A DNA stretch of 64,000 nt from contig OZ024743.1 of assembly GCA_964016885.1 (NCBI GenBank), positions 78,182,001 through 78,246,000 of the forward strand, written 5' to 3'. The translations under genes were made by a program, and so were the position numbers. Each line of letters begins with the position of its first letter. The stretch's first letter is position 1. Source of the DNA: Eledone cirrhosa (lineage: Eukaryota). Under the pieces are notes generated by a model. That model ran no database searches. It saw nothing but the letters and a program-made list of their open reading frames with translations, and was not told where the DNA came from. This document shows positions 49,590 to 62,592 of the stretch, in pieces.

Positions 49590-52500
49590 CAGCAACGTCG
49601 CGAGTACTGGGCAACCTCTCTAATGATTTTTGAGGCAAGCCAGCACACTCTCGACGTTGCCTCCGGGTGATGGCGAGGATGATGCGCTGAAACAGCCAAG
49701 CACCCTTGCGAGATTCGCCAGTCGAGCCTAATTATACATACATGCGCAGATCCTTTTGTACACACACACAATATTTAGGAAAACGGAAACAAAAATACAC
49801 AAAAAACAAACATTTTATTGCTATCGTAATCAATTGTGCTAAACCTATATTGTTTAGATTCTGTGTTTTTCTATGGATGGGCAGAAATAATAAACTTGCC
49901 ATGGTGATATCTATGGATGAAGTTTTCGACAAAACTGGTCGATGTTCCAAAATAGAGCATTGTCCAGAAAATCACACCTGCCATATTTGTACGGAACCCG
50001 AAAACTCGTTCCGTAATCGCTGGGTCGAATGTGGAACCTGTCACATCACTGTCTTCTTTCAATGCGCCACAGGTTTCCGGAGGATCCCAGGCCCCAAAAA
50101 GAGACATCATATTGCCATGATGGATGGACTCTGGGAGATGGTCCAGCTAAAATCTTGGTCCTTTCAGTGCCTGGCCTGTGTGCCTGTCTCCACCAATGTT
50201 ATTGAAAAACAACAACAACAAAAAAAAAACGATGACTGTATCTTCCTCTACCATTGTTACTGAGCAACGGCAAAAACCTATGACACTGGCTTCTGCTGCT
50301 ATTCCTGTGGAAGAACATCAGAAACAACAACAACCCTTTGTCTTCCGCTCCCAGTACATCTCGACACCAACAACCGACGACTGTCTTCCTCTACCATTCC
50401 CGTGGAGGAACATCATCATCATCGTCATCAACAACAGCAACAACAACAACAACAGCGGCAGCAGCAGCAACAACAACAGCAACAACAACAACAACAACAA
50501 CAGCAGCAACAGCAACAACAACAACAACAACAACAACAATCACCAGTACAGATTTTGCAGAATTGCAACAAATGATTTCTGCTTTAAGAAGGGAAGTAAC
50601 AGGAATAAAGGCAAGCATTCGGGTAGAACCCCACAATGCCTTGCTAAAGAATCTCCCTGTACCTCTTGCCGTATCTGGGTACACTGAGAAGACCGCAGAA
50701 TCTGCTACCCATGAAGTAATTGCCATTGGGGTACCAGAAGACAAGGCTGATCTTCAGGCATTTGCTACCAGCTCAGCCAAAGACCTAGGCTGTGTTCCCC
50801 CAAAGGGTGCTCCCCGCCTTGGTAGACCTGGTCCAAAATCCAGACTGATCAGGCTGTCTTTTCGGACCCGGACGAGGCAATTTCATATCATCTGGCCTCT
50901 GTTAAAGCTGGGCGTGAAAATCGGATTACCTTCCGAACACGCTCAGGCCTACCACCTGATGTACGTTCAAAGCTACGTGCTGCAGCTTCCTTGAATCGGA
51001 ACTCAGCACAACATGAAAGTTTTAGTCTGCGTGATGATGGGCAGATCTGGAGGTTTGTTAAGGCTGGTGAAACGTGGAAGAGAGATACCAGCTGGTCTGA
51101 GTGCGCTCTACCCACAATAACTGGCAATGAAAAAACTGCAACAACTCTGGGAAACTAAACCAGAACAACCTGCCATCCTCTATACACCATCATAAACTGA
51201 AAGCAGGGTACAAATTGTTGTCCTTAAATGCTCGCAGTTTATGCAACAAGATGCATCTGTTTAACTCCTACGTCAGTAGCATCGACCCTGACTTCATCAC
51301 AGTCACGGAAACATAGGCATATTCCTTACTCTGTGATGGGGTTTTCAGCATTACTGGGTACAACCTTTTCCGCAAGGACCGCATTAATCGCCGTGGTGGT
51401 AGTGTAATGGTCTACGTTCGTTCAAACCTTTCGGTAATTCCTTGCGTCGAATCACAAGAAGAAGTTTTTTCTGTGACATATGTATGACCATGTCAACACT
51501 TCTGCTTGGTGTTGTTTATTGCTCCCCAAACTACCATCAGGACACACAGCTTTGCGATATCCTCAGAGCTGCTGCCAGGAAAACAGCCACTTATGTGTTT
51601 ATTGCAGGTGACCTCAATCATCCTGAGATAGATTGGGAAACCTTTGGTTGGCCACAAAGTGCAAACGATTTCCTTGAGCTAGTGCTGGACTCAAACTGGT
51701 CACAAGTAGTCACCTCTCCAACAAGAGGTGACAACACTTTGGACCTGCTCTTCACCACTACTCCTGAAGTGGTTATCAGTTGTACTACTGAGGAACCTCT
51801 AGGCGACTCTGATCATGCTATGATCATTGCCAATCTGGCTCTTGCTGGCCGCAACAAAAACCGGAACCATCTCCAATCTGCTTGCTTTGATTGGAAGAAA
51901 GCAGATTGGAACTTGACCTGCACTGAGCTACAGCGCCCAAACTGACATGAGTTCTATAACTCTGGAGATGTGAACACTATACTCCAGAGCATCCTGGACT
52001 CAATATAGATAGCGTGTGCAGCATCAGTGCCAAAAAACCCACCCCAAAAGTGCAATTTGGGAAACTTCAGCGATCCGACTTGCCAGGAAAGAACGTCGGA
52101 ATGCTGAACGGGAATATAAACTGCATAAATCAGATGCCAACAGAAAAAAGCGGAATAAATCTTCCAACCATCTCAAGCAAGTGACAAAAAAGGCAGTGCT
52201 TGAATTTGAACAGTGCATAGCAACCAATCCTGACAGTAAGGTGTTCTGGAAATATGTATATTCAAAGCAGAGACGTTACCCTCCAGTTGGTCCTCTTCGC
52301 AATCCCCACACAAGCCAGATCATTGACGATCCCAAAGAATGCGCAGAACTCATTGCTGAGTGCTATGCAAGCATTTTTACTGTTGAAAACCAGAATGTAC
52401 CATCTCCACCATCTCTAACATCAAATTCCATAACAACTATGGAATTTATACCTGCAATGCTGCGACATCACCTTAAGAATAAGCGCAACTATGTCTCTCC

Positions 52501-53585
52501 TGGTCTTGATGGTGTTACATACCTGCTTCTCAAACGTGGTGGGTACTTCCTTTTGCACCAGCTTTCTTTCTTCTTTCAATACTGTCTCAACAATGGTGCT
52601 ACTCCGGAGCAGTGGAAAACTGCCAGTGTCATTTCCCTGTTCAAAAAGGGCGACCGCACGTCACCTGTCAACTATCGTCCAGTCAGTCTTACTAGCTGTA
52701 TTGCCAAACTGATGGAATCCTGTGTCAGAGAACACTTTGGAACTTCTGGAGCTCTCAGAGCCTCATCCGGCCCTCGCAATTTGGATTTATACCTAACTCC
52801 AGCTACTGTGATCAGCTTATCGAGTTCCTTGAAGACATTACCCGGATCACTGATAGCGGCTCATGGGTGGATGTTGTTTATCTTGACTTCGCTAAGGCTT
52901 TTAATTCTGTGCCCCACAAAAGACTTATGGCGAAACTCTCTGCAATGGGTGTGAAGGATGATCTTTTTAATTGGTTGAAATCCTTCATTCTCAGCCGAAA
53001 AGAGGTAGTCACGGTTCTTCTAGGACAGCATTCTTCACCATATGAGATATCATCACCACAGGGATCTGTTCTTGGTCCCCTTTTGTTTGTTGCATACATT
53101 AATGACATAGATGCCAACTTAAAGAATGCCACAGTACTGAAATATGCAGATGACATCAAGCTGTACCTTGAAATCAAAAGGACAGATCCTGAAATCTATA
53201 ACTCTTTCCTACAATCAGACCTGGACACAATGCAGCAATGGATCACAGACTGGCAACTGAAGCTGGCTGTGGACAAGTGTACCACCATGCATTTTGGGAG
53301 GAAAAATTCAGCGTCCACATACTCCCTCCACAACACTGATATCAAGAAGTCCTCTTGTGAACGTGACCTGGGCATTACTGTCAGCAGCGATTTGCGTTGG
53401 ACAAAGCACATCTCTAAAATTGTCAAGAAGGTCGAGGGTGTCTTGGCATCACTCAGCAAGACCTTTGTTAGCCGCTTTCCAGCCATCTATTTAAAGCTGT
53501 ATACAGCTATGGTACGACCACACTTGGAATTCGCATCATTAGTCTGGAACCCCTATTTTGCTCAGGACATTGACCTCCTGGAAAC
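49590..53585 (+). mobile_element. CR1/Jockey-group LINE, decayed (PHD-type ORF1 + APE-RT ORF2)
   Basis: ORF1: CHIC...WVECGTC...FQC...FQCLAC, a (CAA)n tract and VIAIGVPE. ORF2: LNARSL, GDLN, LDL, SDH, NYRPVSLTS, DFAKAF, PQGSVLGP, YADD, ERDLG, VRPHLE. Many frameshifts; 3' end missing. Confidence 0.88.
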
Positions 53586-54162
53586 TGAGGGAAATGGAGA
53601 AATGGGATTTCATCGATTCTATTATGAGAAAGCAACGAAGATTCCAGCACCTTCTGACAACTATATAATGCAGACAGAGCAACCACATAGAAACACAAAA
53701 ATCAGCTAGTCCTTGAGGGCTTTCACGAAGATAATCGGATAAATAGGAGCATTAAGGTGTCAAACTAAATGCTTTACAATATGTACAACCCAGTATGTTT
53801 TAGCTTTGAATCCCACATATGTCATTCTTCTTCCTCACCCTTCATGGACCTACAATATAGTTGGTTGATTGCTTTCCTGTAATAGAATCAATGAAATCCC
53901 TTTAGATGTGTTGGCTATATCTTCTCTACACAGTTGGCAAGCCATGACAAGGAAAGGTACCAAAACTGTGTATGGCGAAACATTCTCTTTTTGAGTGTCC
54001 AGGTGTTGTATAGTTATAAAGGTGGGTTTTATACATTATTGTTTTACCTTTTAATTATTATATATATATAACGACGAGCAGTTTTACTATATATATATAT
54101 CATATATGTATATTATATATTATATATATATTATATATATTATGTATAGTGTGTATATATGA

Positions 54163-54590
54163 AGGCGCATGGCTTAGTGGTTAGAGCATTAGGCTTGCAA
54201 TCGAAAGGTTGTGAGTTCAATTCTCGGACCTAGTGATGTGTTGTTTCCTTGAGCAAGACACTTTATTTCGCTTTGCTCCAGTTTACTCAGCTGTAGAAAT
54301 GCGATGATAGGACTGGGGTCCAAATCCTTCCACTGCAAAGTGGTCGTGGAGGAGCCACGGCAAAAAAGCACACTGCAAAGTGGACGTGTAGGCGCCACGG
54401 AAAAAAAGCACCTAGCACTCACTGTAAATTAGGTTGGTGTTAGGAAGGGCATCCATCTGTAGAAATCAAGCCAGAATCAGTTCCCGTATGCGCAAGACAA
54501 GGTCAGCCGACCGGACACAGCTCACAACAGGACAACCCGTCTAACCCATGCGTGGAAGAACGGACGTAAAACGGTGATGATGATGATGAT
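54163..54590 (+). mobile_element. Full-length tRNA-headed SINE with RTE-derived tail
   Basis: A box tggcttagtggttagagc, B box gagttcaattc, central tccttgagcaagacactt domain. The 3' half is nearly identical to the RTE 3' UTR at 34720-34990. Confidence 0.85.
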
Positions 54591-54630
54591 ATATATATTA
54601 TGTATATATATATGTATATTTATTATGTAC

Positions 54631-54670
<40 letters not shown>

Positions 54671-54843
54671 ACCTGCCTCTTTGAGGTCAAATAACAACCC
54701 TACTAGTATCTACAAACTGACCAATGAGAATTAAGATTATTCCTGCTGACAACATTAAATTATCCCTAACAAGCTGATATGTCCCAAGGCTCTGATACCA
54801 TCAACACCATAAACACAGAGCTGACATATCTAAGAACTGACTA

Positions 54844-54899
54844 ACTGCCTGATGAGGTCATAGCCATTCAATGGCTATCATCGAAATATATATAGCAGT
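54844..54899 (+). ncRNA. Minimal type I hammerhead ribozyme motif
   Basis: Stem I actgc/gcagt, core CTGATGA, stem II ggt/atc extended by atagccatt/aatggctat, GAAA, palindromic stem III atatatat, triplet ATA. Confidence 0.85.
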
Positions 54900-54940
54900 A
54901 AATAAAGGATTACGAGTTCATGCAATTGACTTATGTTTCG

Positions 54941-54978
<38 letters not shown>

Positions 54979-55096
54979 GTATATTTTATATATATATATA
55001 TTAATTTATATATATATCATCAGCATCATCCTCATCATCTTCGTTTAACGTCTGTGTTCCACGCTAGCATGGGTTAGACGGGAGTTGTATATTATG

Positions 55097-55147
<51 letters not shown>

Positions 55148-55148
<1 letters not shown>

Positions 55149-55374
55149 TTTCTGGCCCGTCCGGCTGGCACCCGGCTAGGTATACCTGCCCCCTCCACTC
55201 CACTGCAAAGATACCACACACCCTTCGGTGTCACATTGTCCTTCCGACTTCGTAGCAAAGGGGAGGAGCTACCGTAGAAATTAGTTTAAAAAGAGAAGAG
55301 TTAAGCTGTGTTGTTAATATACATACATACATACATACATACATACATACGACCGTCAGCTTTATAAGTATAGA
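55148..55374 (-). mobile_element. Short non-autonomous Helitron related to 19330-20586
   Basis: Shares both termini: ctggcccgtccggctgg...ggctaggtatac and gtcagctttata.gtataga. Confidence 0.7.
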
Positions 55375-55554
55375 TATGTGTTTGTGTGTTTGTGTATGTG
55401 TGTATGTGCATGTGTGTGTCTGTGTGTTTTGTTCTGATGTTATCCGGCAATTGGCGAAATCAGGTGTGAAAGTATGTGTATTTCTGTGATCTATTATAGA
55501 GAGAGCGAAGAGTGACGGAGAGAGTAAAGCTATGAGAATTTAAGATATATACAT

Positions 55555-56660
55555 AAAGAGTCATGCCATCCCCTATAGTCTTTAAAAACTTTATTCCTAA
55601 TATTAGCCGTAGGATTTCTACCTTATCTCCGTCTATAGACATCTTTAACAAAGCCGCCCTTTATTATAACAAAGCCCTCTGTAACAGCGGCTTCACCGAA
55701 CAAATTAAATATTTATCTACTCCTCTTTCTAACACCAAACACATTAACAGGAAAAGAAAAATTATTTGGTTTACACCCCTATTCTCTCTAACCGTTAAAA
55801 CTAGTGTAGGAAGAAAATTTCTCGACCTCCTTGACAAACATTTCCCCCTAATCATAGATATAATAAGATATTTAATAGAAATGTTGTTAAAATCAGTTAC
55901 TCTTGCTGCCCATCAATGAAAACTAAAATTACCAACTCTAATCGTACTAGAGTAAATCCAGGATGCAGTTTCAGGAAATCTATTGTGTATGAGGCTAAAT
56001 GACACCTATGATTAATAACCAGCCAGCCAGGACTGAACGATATGTTGGCATGACTCAAGACAGATTTAAAACCAGGTATTATGCACATGTCGCTTCTTTC
56101 AAACACCCTGAGAAAGAACAGCAACGGCGCTGTCAAATAAAGTGTGGGAGTTTAAAGACAAAAACTTTCCGTACATTATTGATTGGTCTATTTTAGGCCA
56201 TTCAAGAGAATACCAAAGGGGCACAAAGAAACGTTCTTTGTGTACCACGGAAAAATTTAGAATTCTCCAAAACTTGAAAACCCCCACCACCTGTCTCAAC
56301 TCTAAGACCGATATCTTTAGATGTTGTCCACACCTGAAATCGTATCTACTTTTTAACTGGATTAACATACCTACGATTAATCAACCACCTTGAGCTTCTT
56401 CTTTACTCATCACGCCTTCCACTCACTACCAATTTCACTACCCTTTGAACTTATACTTTCTACCAAACATATACTTTTTCTCCCTCATCTCTCTCTATAT
56501 TTCTTTTGACTTATACCCCCCCCCCCTACTATTTACCATGCCTTTAATACATACATAACTTTATCCTTTAACCAGATCACTTTTTAACTATATACCCTTA
56601 TCCAGTTCTCATCACAAACACTTACACTCTTTTACACCCCTTTTCTACCTTACCTGTTTT
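55555..56660 (+). mobile_element. Penelope-like element remnant (RT thumb + GIY-YIG)
   Basis: RRISTLS, IIWFTPLFS..VKTSVGRKFL, IFNRNVVKISYSC, IVY...YVG, FKTRYYAH, CTTEK; frameshifted. Confidence 0.85.
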
Positions 56661-56677
56661 TATTTATATGTATGTGC

Positions 56678-56797
<120 letters not shown>

Positions 56798-56877
56798 GTT
56801 ATTCCGGGTGGAATCGGAGGTAACCACAGTAAGTAAGGTACTCAATACATAGCAGAGTATAAAAGTGTTAATATAGA

Positions 56878-56976
56878 TGAGATTCTACAGGACTAGAACT
56901 GTTTCATTCTTTAGAAATCATCAGGATTACTGATGATTTCTAAAGAATGAAACAGTTCTAGTCCTGTAGAATCTCA
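56878..56976. repeat. Perfect 47-bp-arm palindrome (5-nt loop)
   Basis: 56878-56924 is the exact reverse complement of 56930-56976. Confidence 0.95.
56922..56966 (+). ncRNA. Minimal type I hammerhead ribozyme motif inside the palindrome
   Basis: Stem I caggatta/tagtcctg (8 bp, one G-U), core CTGATGA, short stem II ttc/gaa with a U-U closing mismatch, GAAA, very reduced stem III (cagttc). Confidence 0.6.
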
Positions 56977-56978
56977 CC

Positions 56979-57015
<37 letters not shown>

Positions 57016-57534
57016 GTGTGTTTGTGTGTATATATGTATTTATAGATATGTATGTATATATTTGTTTATATGTATTTGTATTTATGTATGCATGTGTTTG
57101 TGTATATATATATTTTTTTGTATATATGTTTATATATACGTGTATGGACTTACGTATATGTTTATTTGTATGCGTGCGTTCATTTCTGATTGCGTGAGTG
57201 TGTGCGCACGCGTATGTGTACGTAAGTACTTGGGTTATGTACTTTTGAAATTCATTTATTGATTGTAGGGTTTTTTGTATGTGTATACATGTGGATGTGT
57301 GTGTTTTTGTATGTATGTGTGTTTATATATATATGTGTGTGTGTATGTGTGTGTATATATGCGCTTATATATGTGTATATATATGTATATGCATGCACAT
57401 GTGTGTGTATGTGTACGTATATCTATTTGATATATAGATATATACACATATATGTGTGTGTTTGCATGTGTATAGGTATATATGTATGTTTACGTATATA
57501 TGTGTATGTGTATATTTATACATATATATATATA

Positions 57535-59790
57535 CAATATATTAACAAATGGAAACTATATTTATAAAACCATATTTATTTTATTATACATAATTCAAGG
57601 GCCACCAAGGCAAATTATGGTGCGCTTTCATCAGATAAAATATAATACAGATTTGTTTTATAAATAAATATTGACATACCCTGAAAAAAAGTCAACCTTA
57701 ACGGTTGGAGCTTCCTGGATAGTGAAGATATTACATTTATTGAGGGTGATAGAAAATTATGATTGAGTATGCAAATGAGTGTCCGAAAGGTTGAAAAGAT
57801 AACGGTTTATTTAAATTAAACTGTTGGAAAAGGGTGATATGTGAGGGAGAGAGAAAAAAGAAAGAAAGAAAAAAGTAGAAGGAATGACAAACATAGGAGA
57901 GGAAAAGAAAGAACGATTATATATATTTTGACAGTGAAAATAGCGTGAAGAGAAGTGCGTAAGTATATTTTTAAGTGAGAGAAGAGATTAGTTTTAAAGG
58001 ACAAATACAGCGTAAGTATATTTACGTGAGAGGAGAAATGAACAAAAGAAGAAATGAGAATAGCGTGGAAGAATAATATTTATAATGCAGGATTCATTAT
58101 GTTTTGATTATAATATTTATAATGATAGGTTGAAAAATTATATTAAAGATTTAATTTAATAATTTAATAATTAGTTTAAATGTGTATGTTAAGGATTATA
58201 AATTATTTAAATAAATATATATTATTTTACATTAGAGCAAATCTAGTATAGTTTATTTTATTAAAAGTTGTAAGTCAAACATTTTAAACATCTAAATAAT
58301 TCTAAATTTATGGAAAATTTTCGAGAGTTTACAAAAGAATAACCACTTAGTTATATTATAAAAACAGTAAGGAAGCGTAAAGGAAGTTATAAGTGATTTT
58401 TTAAGAACTCAGATGACTCTAAGGATTAAATGCTATAAAGTTAAGAAGTTAAATTTTCTATCTTAAGAATGTAATTAGAACATGAACCTTATGTTATTTT
58501 ATACGAAGTCATAAATTTACATGCTATAAAGTTTAAAAAATGCTCTTAAGAATATATTTAAAGCAAAAACCATAGGTTACTCTACATATATATAAAAAAT
58601 CATATGTTTTTCCACATATATATAAACATTTGGATATATATATTAAAAACGTTTGAAAATATAAGAATATAAAAATATAGTTTTCTATATCTTTCAAAGG
58701 AAATTTCAAAAGATTTTCTTAAACCCTTGCGTAAGTTTTTCAAGAAAAAATTTTCCTTAAAGGAGTTTCAAGCAGTCATATAAAGGAATTTTATAATCTA
58801 TCGATAGGTGTAATAATATATATGTGAAGTAGAGATAGTAGAAAATAAATTAAGTATATGAATCATATATAGATATAGAAGACATTATGTAAAAGAGATA
58901 AATCGTATATTACATTTTATATATATATTTAAAAGTTGAATTTAAACAATGTTTGCAGGCACTGAATAAATTGTTCCTAAAATTAATAGAGTTCTTACTT
59001 TTTAGTATAAAGTATATTTCTCCGACATAAAGGGAACAATTTTGGGATAAAGCAGTGTATGAAGGAGCTTTGGAAATAATATTCCAAAGTAAAGAATAGT
59101 TAATGTTCTTGGATTTCAAGTCCCATAGTAAGTTAGATAGAGAAGTTGAAGATTTTTTACCAATATTCGTAAAAGAACATTTATGGTTATTAAAACGGGA
59201 CTTGAAGTCTACATAATTAAAGGCGTTTACATTTGTTTTAACATTACAATTGTATACTATATTTTTAACTAAACAATTATTATTTAGAGGACAGTTAGAT
59301 TTATTTCTACAATTACATTTATCTAAATTTATATTATTGGGAGCCGTAACATTATATTGGATATTGCGAAGGGGTATTAATGCTATTCTGGTTAGGTTTT
59401 AAGATTCTATTATTAATTCTATTAATATTCTGCGCTAAATTCATAGTGGTGGAATATGAGAGTTTAATAGTATGTCTATTAAATATTGATTAATACCTGT
59501 GTGTTCTAGGAAAACATTTATCTAGAGCTTTAAAGAATAATTTAGCAATAGGAGTTAATACTTAATGAGAAAGGGGGAGCGAACCATAATATATTTCTAG
59601 TTCTATTTTTTCTTTTGGTTTTCAAGTTAATGTAAGGTTTTCTATTATAATATTTATAGTTATGGTTAGTTGGCACATCCTTATTATCAATGTATTTAAT
59701 TTTATTACTATAGCCTGTTCTAGCTTCGTTATAATATTGTGCCTTATCTTCAAATATATTTTTATTAGCTGAAATTCTAGAAATACGTTG
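57535..59790 (-). mobile_element. Penelope-like (Naiad-type) element remnant with ~1.4-kb AT-rich 3' region
   Basis: RISRISANKNIF, ILWFAPPFS, IFNRHTIKLSYS, CNCRNKSNCP (CxCx5C), IVY, FKSRFNNHK, WNII..A..Y, CKH. Confidence 0.85.
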
Positions 59791-60645
59791 CTGCAATACA
59801 TAACAATACCAGAACACAAATTTATAACAATAACAATACAATCACCATTGAACACAACAGAATATCTAATACACAACCACCCACTAATAGGCAAACAAAA
59901 CGTAACACACTTGTACAGGCATCGCAGCCCACCAATAATGCCAAAGGTACCCATGACAAGAATTGTAACTGCCTCCTACCTGAAACCTGTCCATTACATA
60001 ATGAATGTATGCAGTCTAACCTTGTTTACCAATGCACAGTGGAATCAGACAACCAGAAATGGTATTACATCGGAGCGACTGGGAATACATTTAAAGCCCG
60101 TTGGTATACACACCGTTACGCAATGAAACATTCCCAGTATCGTTAAGTAACTACCCTTGCAAACAAGACCTGGCAACTGAGGGAAAGTAACCATCAATAC
60201 ACCCTGAAGTGGAAAAAATTATCGAACGCGCCCCCATATCGGAGTGGTATCAGAAGCTGTCGATTATGTGACCTTGAGCTGTTCCACATTTTGAGTTCGA
60301 AGAATAAGTTACTCAACAATAAAATCGAAAGATCAATTTATTGTAACCATAGACTCAAAGAAAAGTTTTTGCACTACAAGTGCAAATCGAACCCTTAACC
60401 TCTTACTACCAACTGACAAACTGCATATACTTAGACTTTATACCCTTTTATTGTATTTAACCCCTTTATTTACACACAAAAACCAATACCTATATCCCTC
60501 CTTCTCCTTCATTCCTCTTCTATTTCTTCGTTTTCTTCCTTTCTTCCCTCCCCTTTTTGGCTATCTTTTCTTTTCTGCTTTGCTTTTATTTTTGTCAATA
60601 TTATCTTTATCTTTATTTTTTATATATATATTTATCTTTTTATAT

Positions 60646-60707
<62 letters not shown>

Positions 60708-61274
60708 CCTCCCACTATGATCAATTTAATTCTCTTTAAGTCACTACAATCGACGACATGAAGTCTACGTATCAAAACTGATCAAGGAATCCTTCCACCT
60801 CTACCCCTCCCTCCATCTCAGTTTGTCACTCTACTTCCTAACTCTTCTCCCCCTTCCCCTCTCTCTATACTATTCCGTTTGTCCCCTCACCTTCTAATTC
60901 CTCTTCCTCTCTCTCTATACTAGTAAATACAATTCCAAAAAAATGTTTTTCTCTATATATTAAGAACTATTTCAAGAGTAACTTACTCCCTATTTTGAAA
61001 ATTTGGACGTGAACCACAATTATAATTGAGTGACTGCTATTTGCAGTATAGCAATATAAGGTTACACTTACCCATGAAACGGTCGTAAATACCTGGATAA
61101 AATCCTTCTCTTAATGCTTACCTGTGTTTTCTCTTTTATACTTTATACTACAAGATTGAACGGCATTCTTACAAACTTGTGGAGTTACCCCTAATCGTAC
61201 GTTGAAACCGTCCATGAAACTGGCTTTCTTAACCACGAACTGGATCACAATAAGCAATTTTCTGCTTCCCTAAC

Positions 61275-61305
<31 letters not shown>

Positions 61306-61545
61306 TCCCCTATTTCCTTTTCGCCGGTTTTTTTCAGCCTCACTTTTATATTTCCTAAATTTTGTTTTCAAATCCATATTTAATAAAAACACCAAGTTTT
61401 TTTAATTCATTCTGACGACTGAAGACAGATACAACACCTGTCTTCAAGAAACCACTGGTAAATGAAATAATTATCTTATGTTGTTTATTTCATAACTAAT
61501 AACTCTGTAGCCTACATAGAGCACTCTCCTTTTCTGTACCTTCCG
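59790..61545 (+). mobile_element. Penelope-like (Naiad-type) 3' portion: GIY-YIG domain (59790-60398) and 3' region with hammerhead
   Basis: Frame absent from the ORF track: CNCLLPETCPLHNECMQSNLVYQC...YYIGATGNTFKARWYTH...CRLCDLE...LLN...CNH, with one in-frame TAA at 60144 and the stop at 60396-60398. Confidence 0.88.
61406..61466 (+). ncRNA. Type I hammerhead ribozyme motif
   Basis: Stem I ttcatt/aatgaa, core CTGACGA, stem II tgaagacag/ctgtcttca (C-A closing mismatch), GAAA, stem III acca-c-tggt, triplet GTA. Confidence 0.85.
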
Positions 61546-61564
61546 GCGGAAATATATTATGTAC

Positions 61565-61633
<69 letters not shown>

Positions 61634-62015
61634 ATACTTGGGGAAGGTCATATTTGTGTAATAATATTGCCAGAATTAATAACAGAACACACTCCCTGTT
61701 TGGTTGGTTTTCGTTTCTGTGTCTTTTATATCGGTTAATTTAATTTATCCGGTCCTCACTGTTACCATTGACTGACCAACGGTCAAAAATACAGATACAA
61801 TATAGACACAAAGACATATATATAGTCTATCAAAGTTCTTTCGTTGCACATCTGCAACATCGTCAGTGGTGCTATTATGTTTCCTCCCGTTGCATTGTAT
61901 GCCTACGCCATCTTTATTTAGTCTGTTTATTTATTTATTTGTTTATTATTTTGTCTTATCTGCGTATAACAACATTTGTTTCGACACACGATTTCATAAA
62001 ACTAATTCATCGCCG

Positions 62016-62016
<1 letters not shown>

Positions 62017-62100
<84 letters not shown>

Positions 62101-62101
62101 G

Positions 62102-62190
<89 letters not shown>

Positions 62191-62250
62191 ATATACATAT
62201 ATTATATATATTACATATATTATATATATATATTATATGATATATATATT
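62017..62250. repeat. (TA)n microsatellite block (one of many TA/TG/CT/ATT tracts)
   Basis: Directly visible. Others include 1840-1960, 13195-13275, 16280-16327, 24340-24375 (GAA), 50430-50540 (CAA), 56680-56795 and 61568-61628. Confidence 0.95.
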
Positions 62251-62530
62251 ATATGGGGTGCATAAGTGGAAATAATAGATACAGTTGTCCCATTTAGTAC
62301 TAATCTTATTGTAAGGTGTAGGAGACACTGTGAAAAGGATCCCAGTCCACATTGTAAATGAGGTTGGTGTTAGGAAGAGCATCCAGCTGTAAAAAAAACC
62401 TGCCAGAGATGTTTCTGTGCGAGTGAGACATGGTCTCCCGACCATTCCTGCATCATGCATCAAATGGAACAAAACCGTCTAACCCATGCTAGCGTGGAAG
62501 GTGGACGTTAAACGATGATGATGATGATGA

Positions 62531-62592
<62 letters not shown>

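Noticed and set aside
50178-50994. Poly-Asn/Thr/Gln ORFs
   Set aside because: A (CAA)n expansion inside the decayed CR1-like ORF1, not an independent gene.
54163-54235. tRNA-like sequence
   Set aside because: Has A/B boxes but no proper acceptor stem and runs into a SINE body; it is a SINE head, not a tRNA gene.
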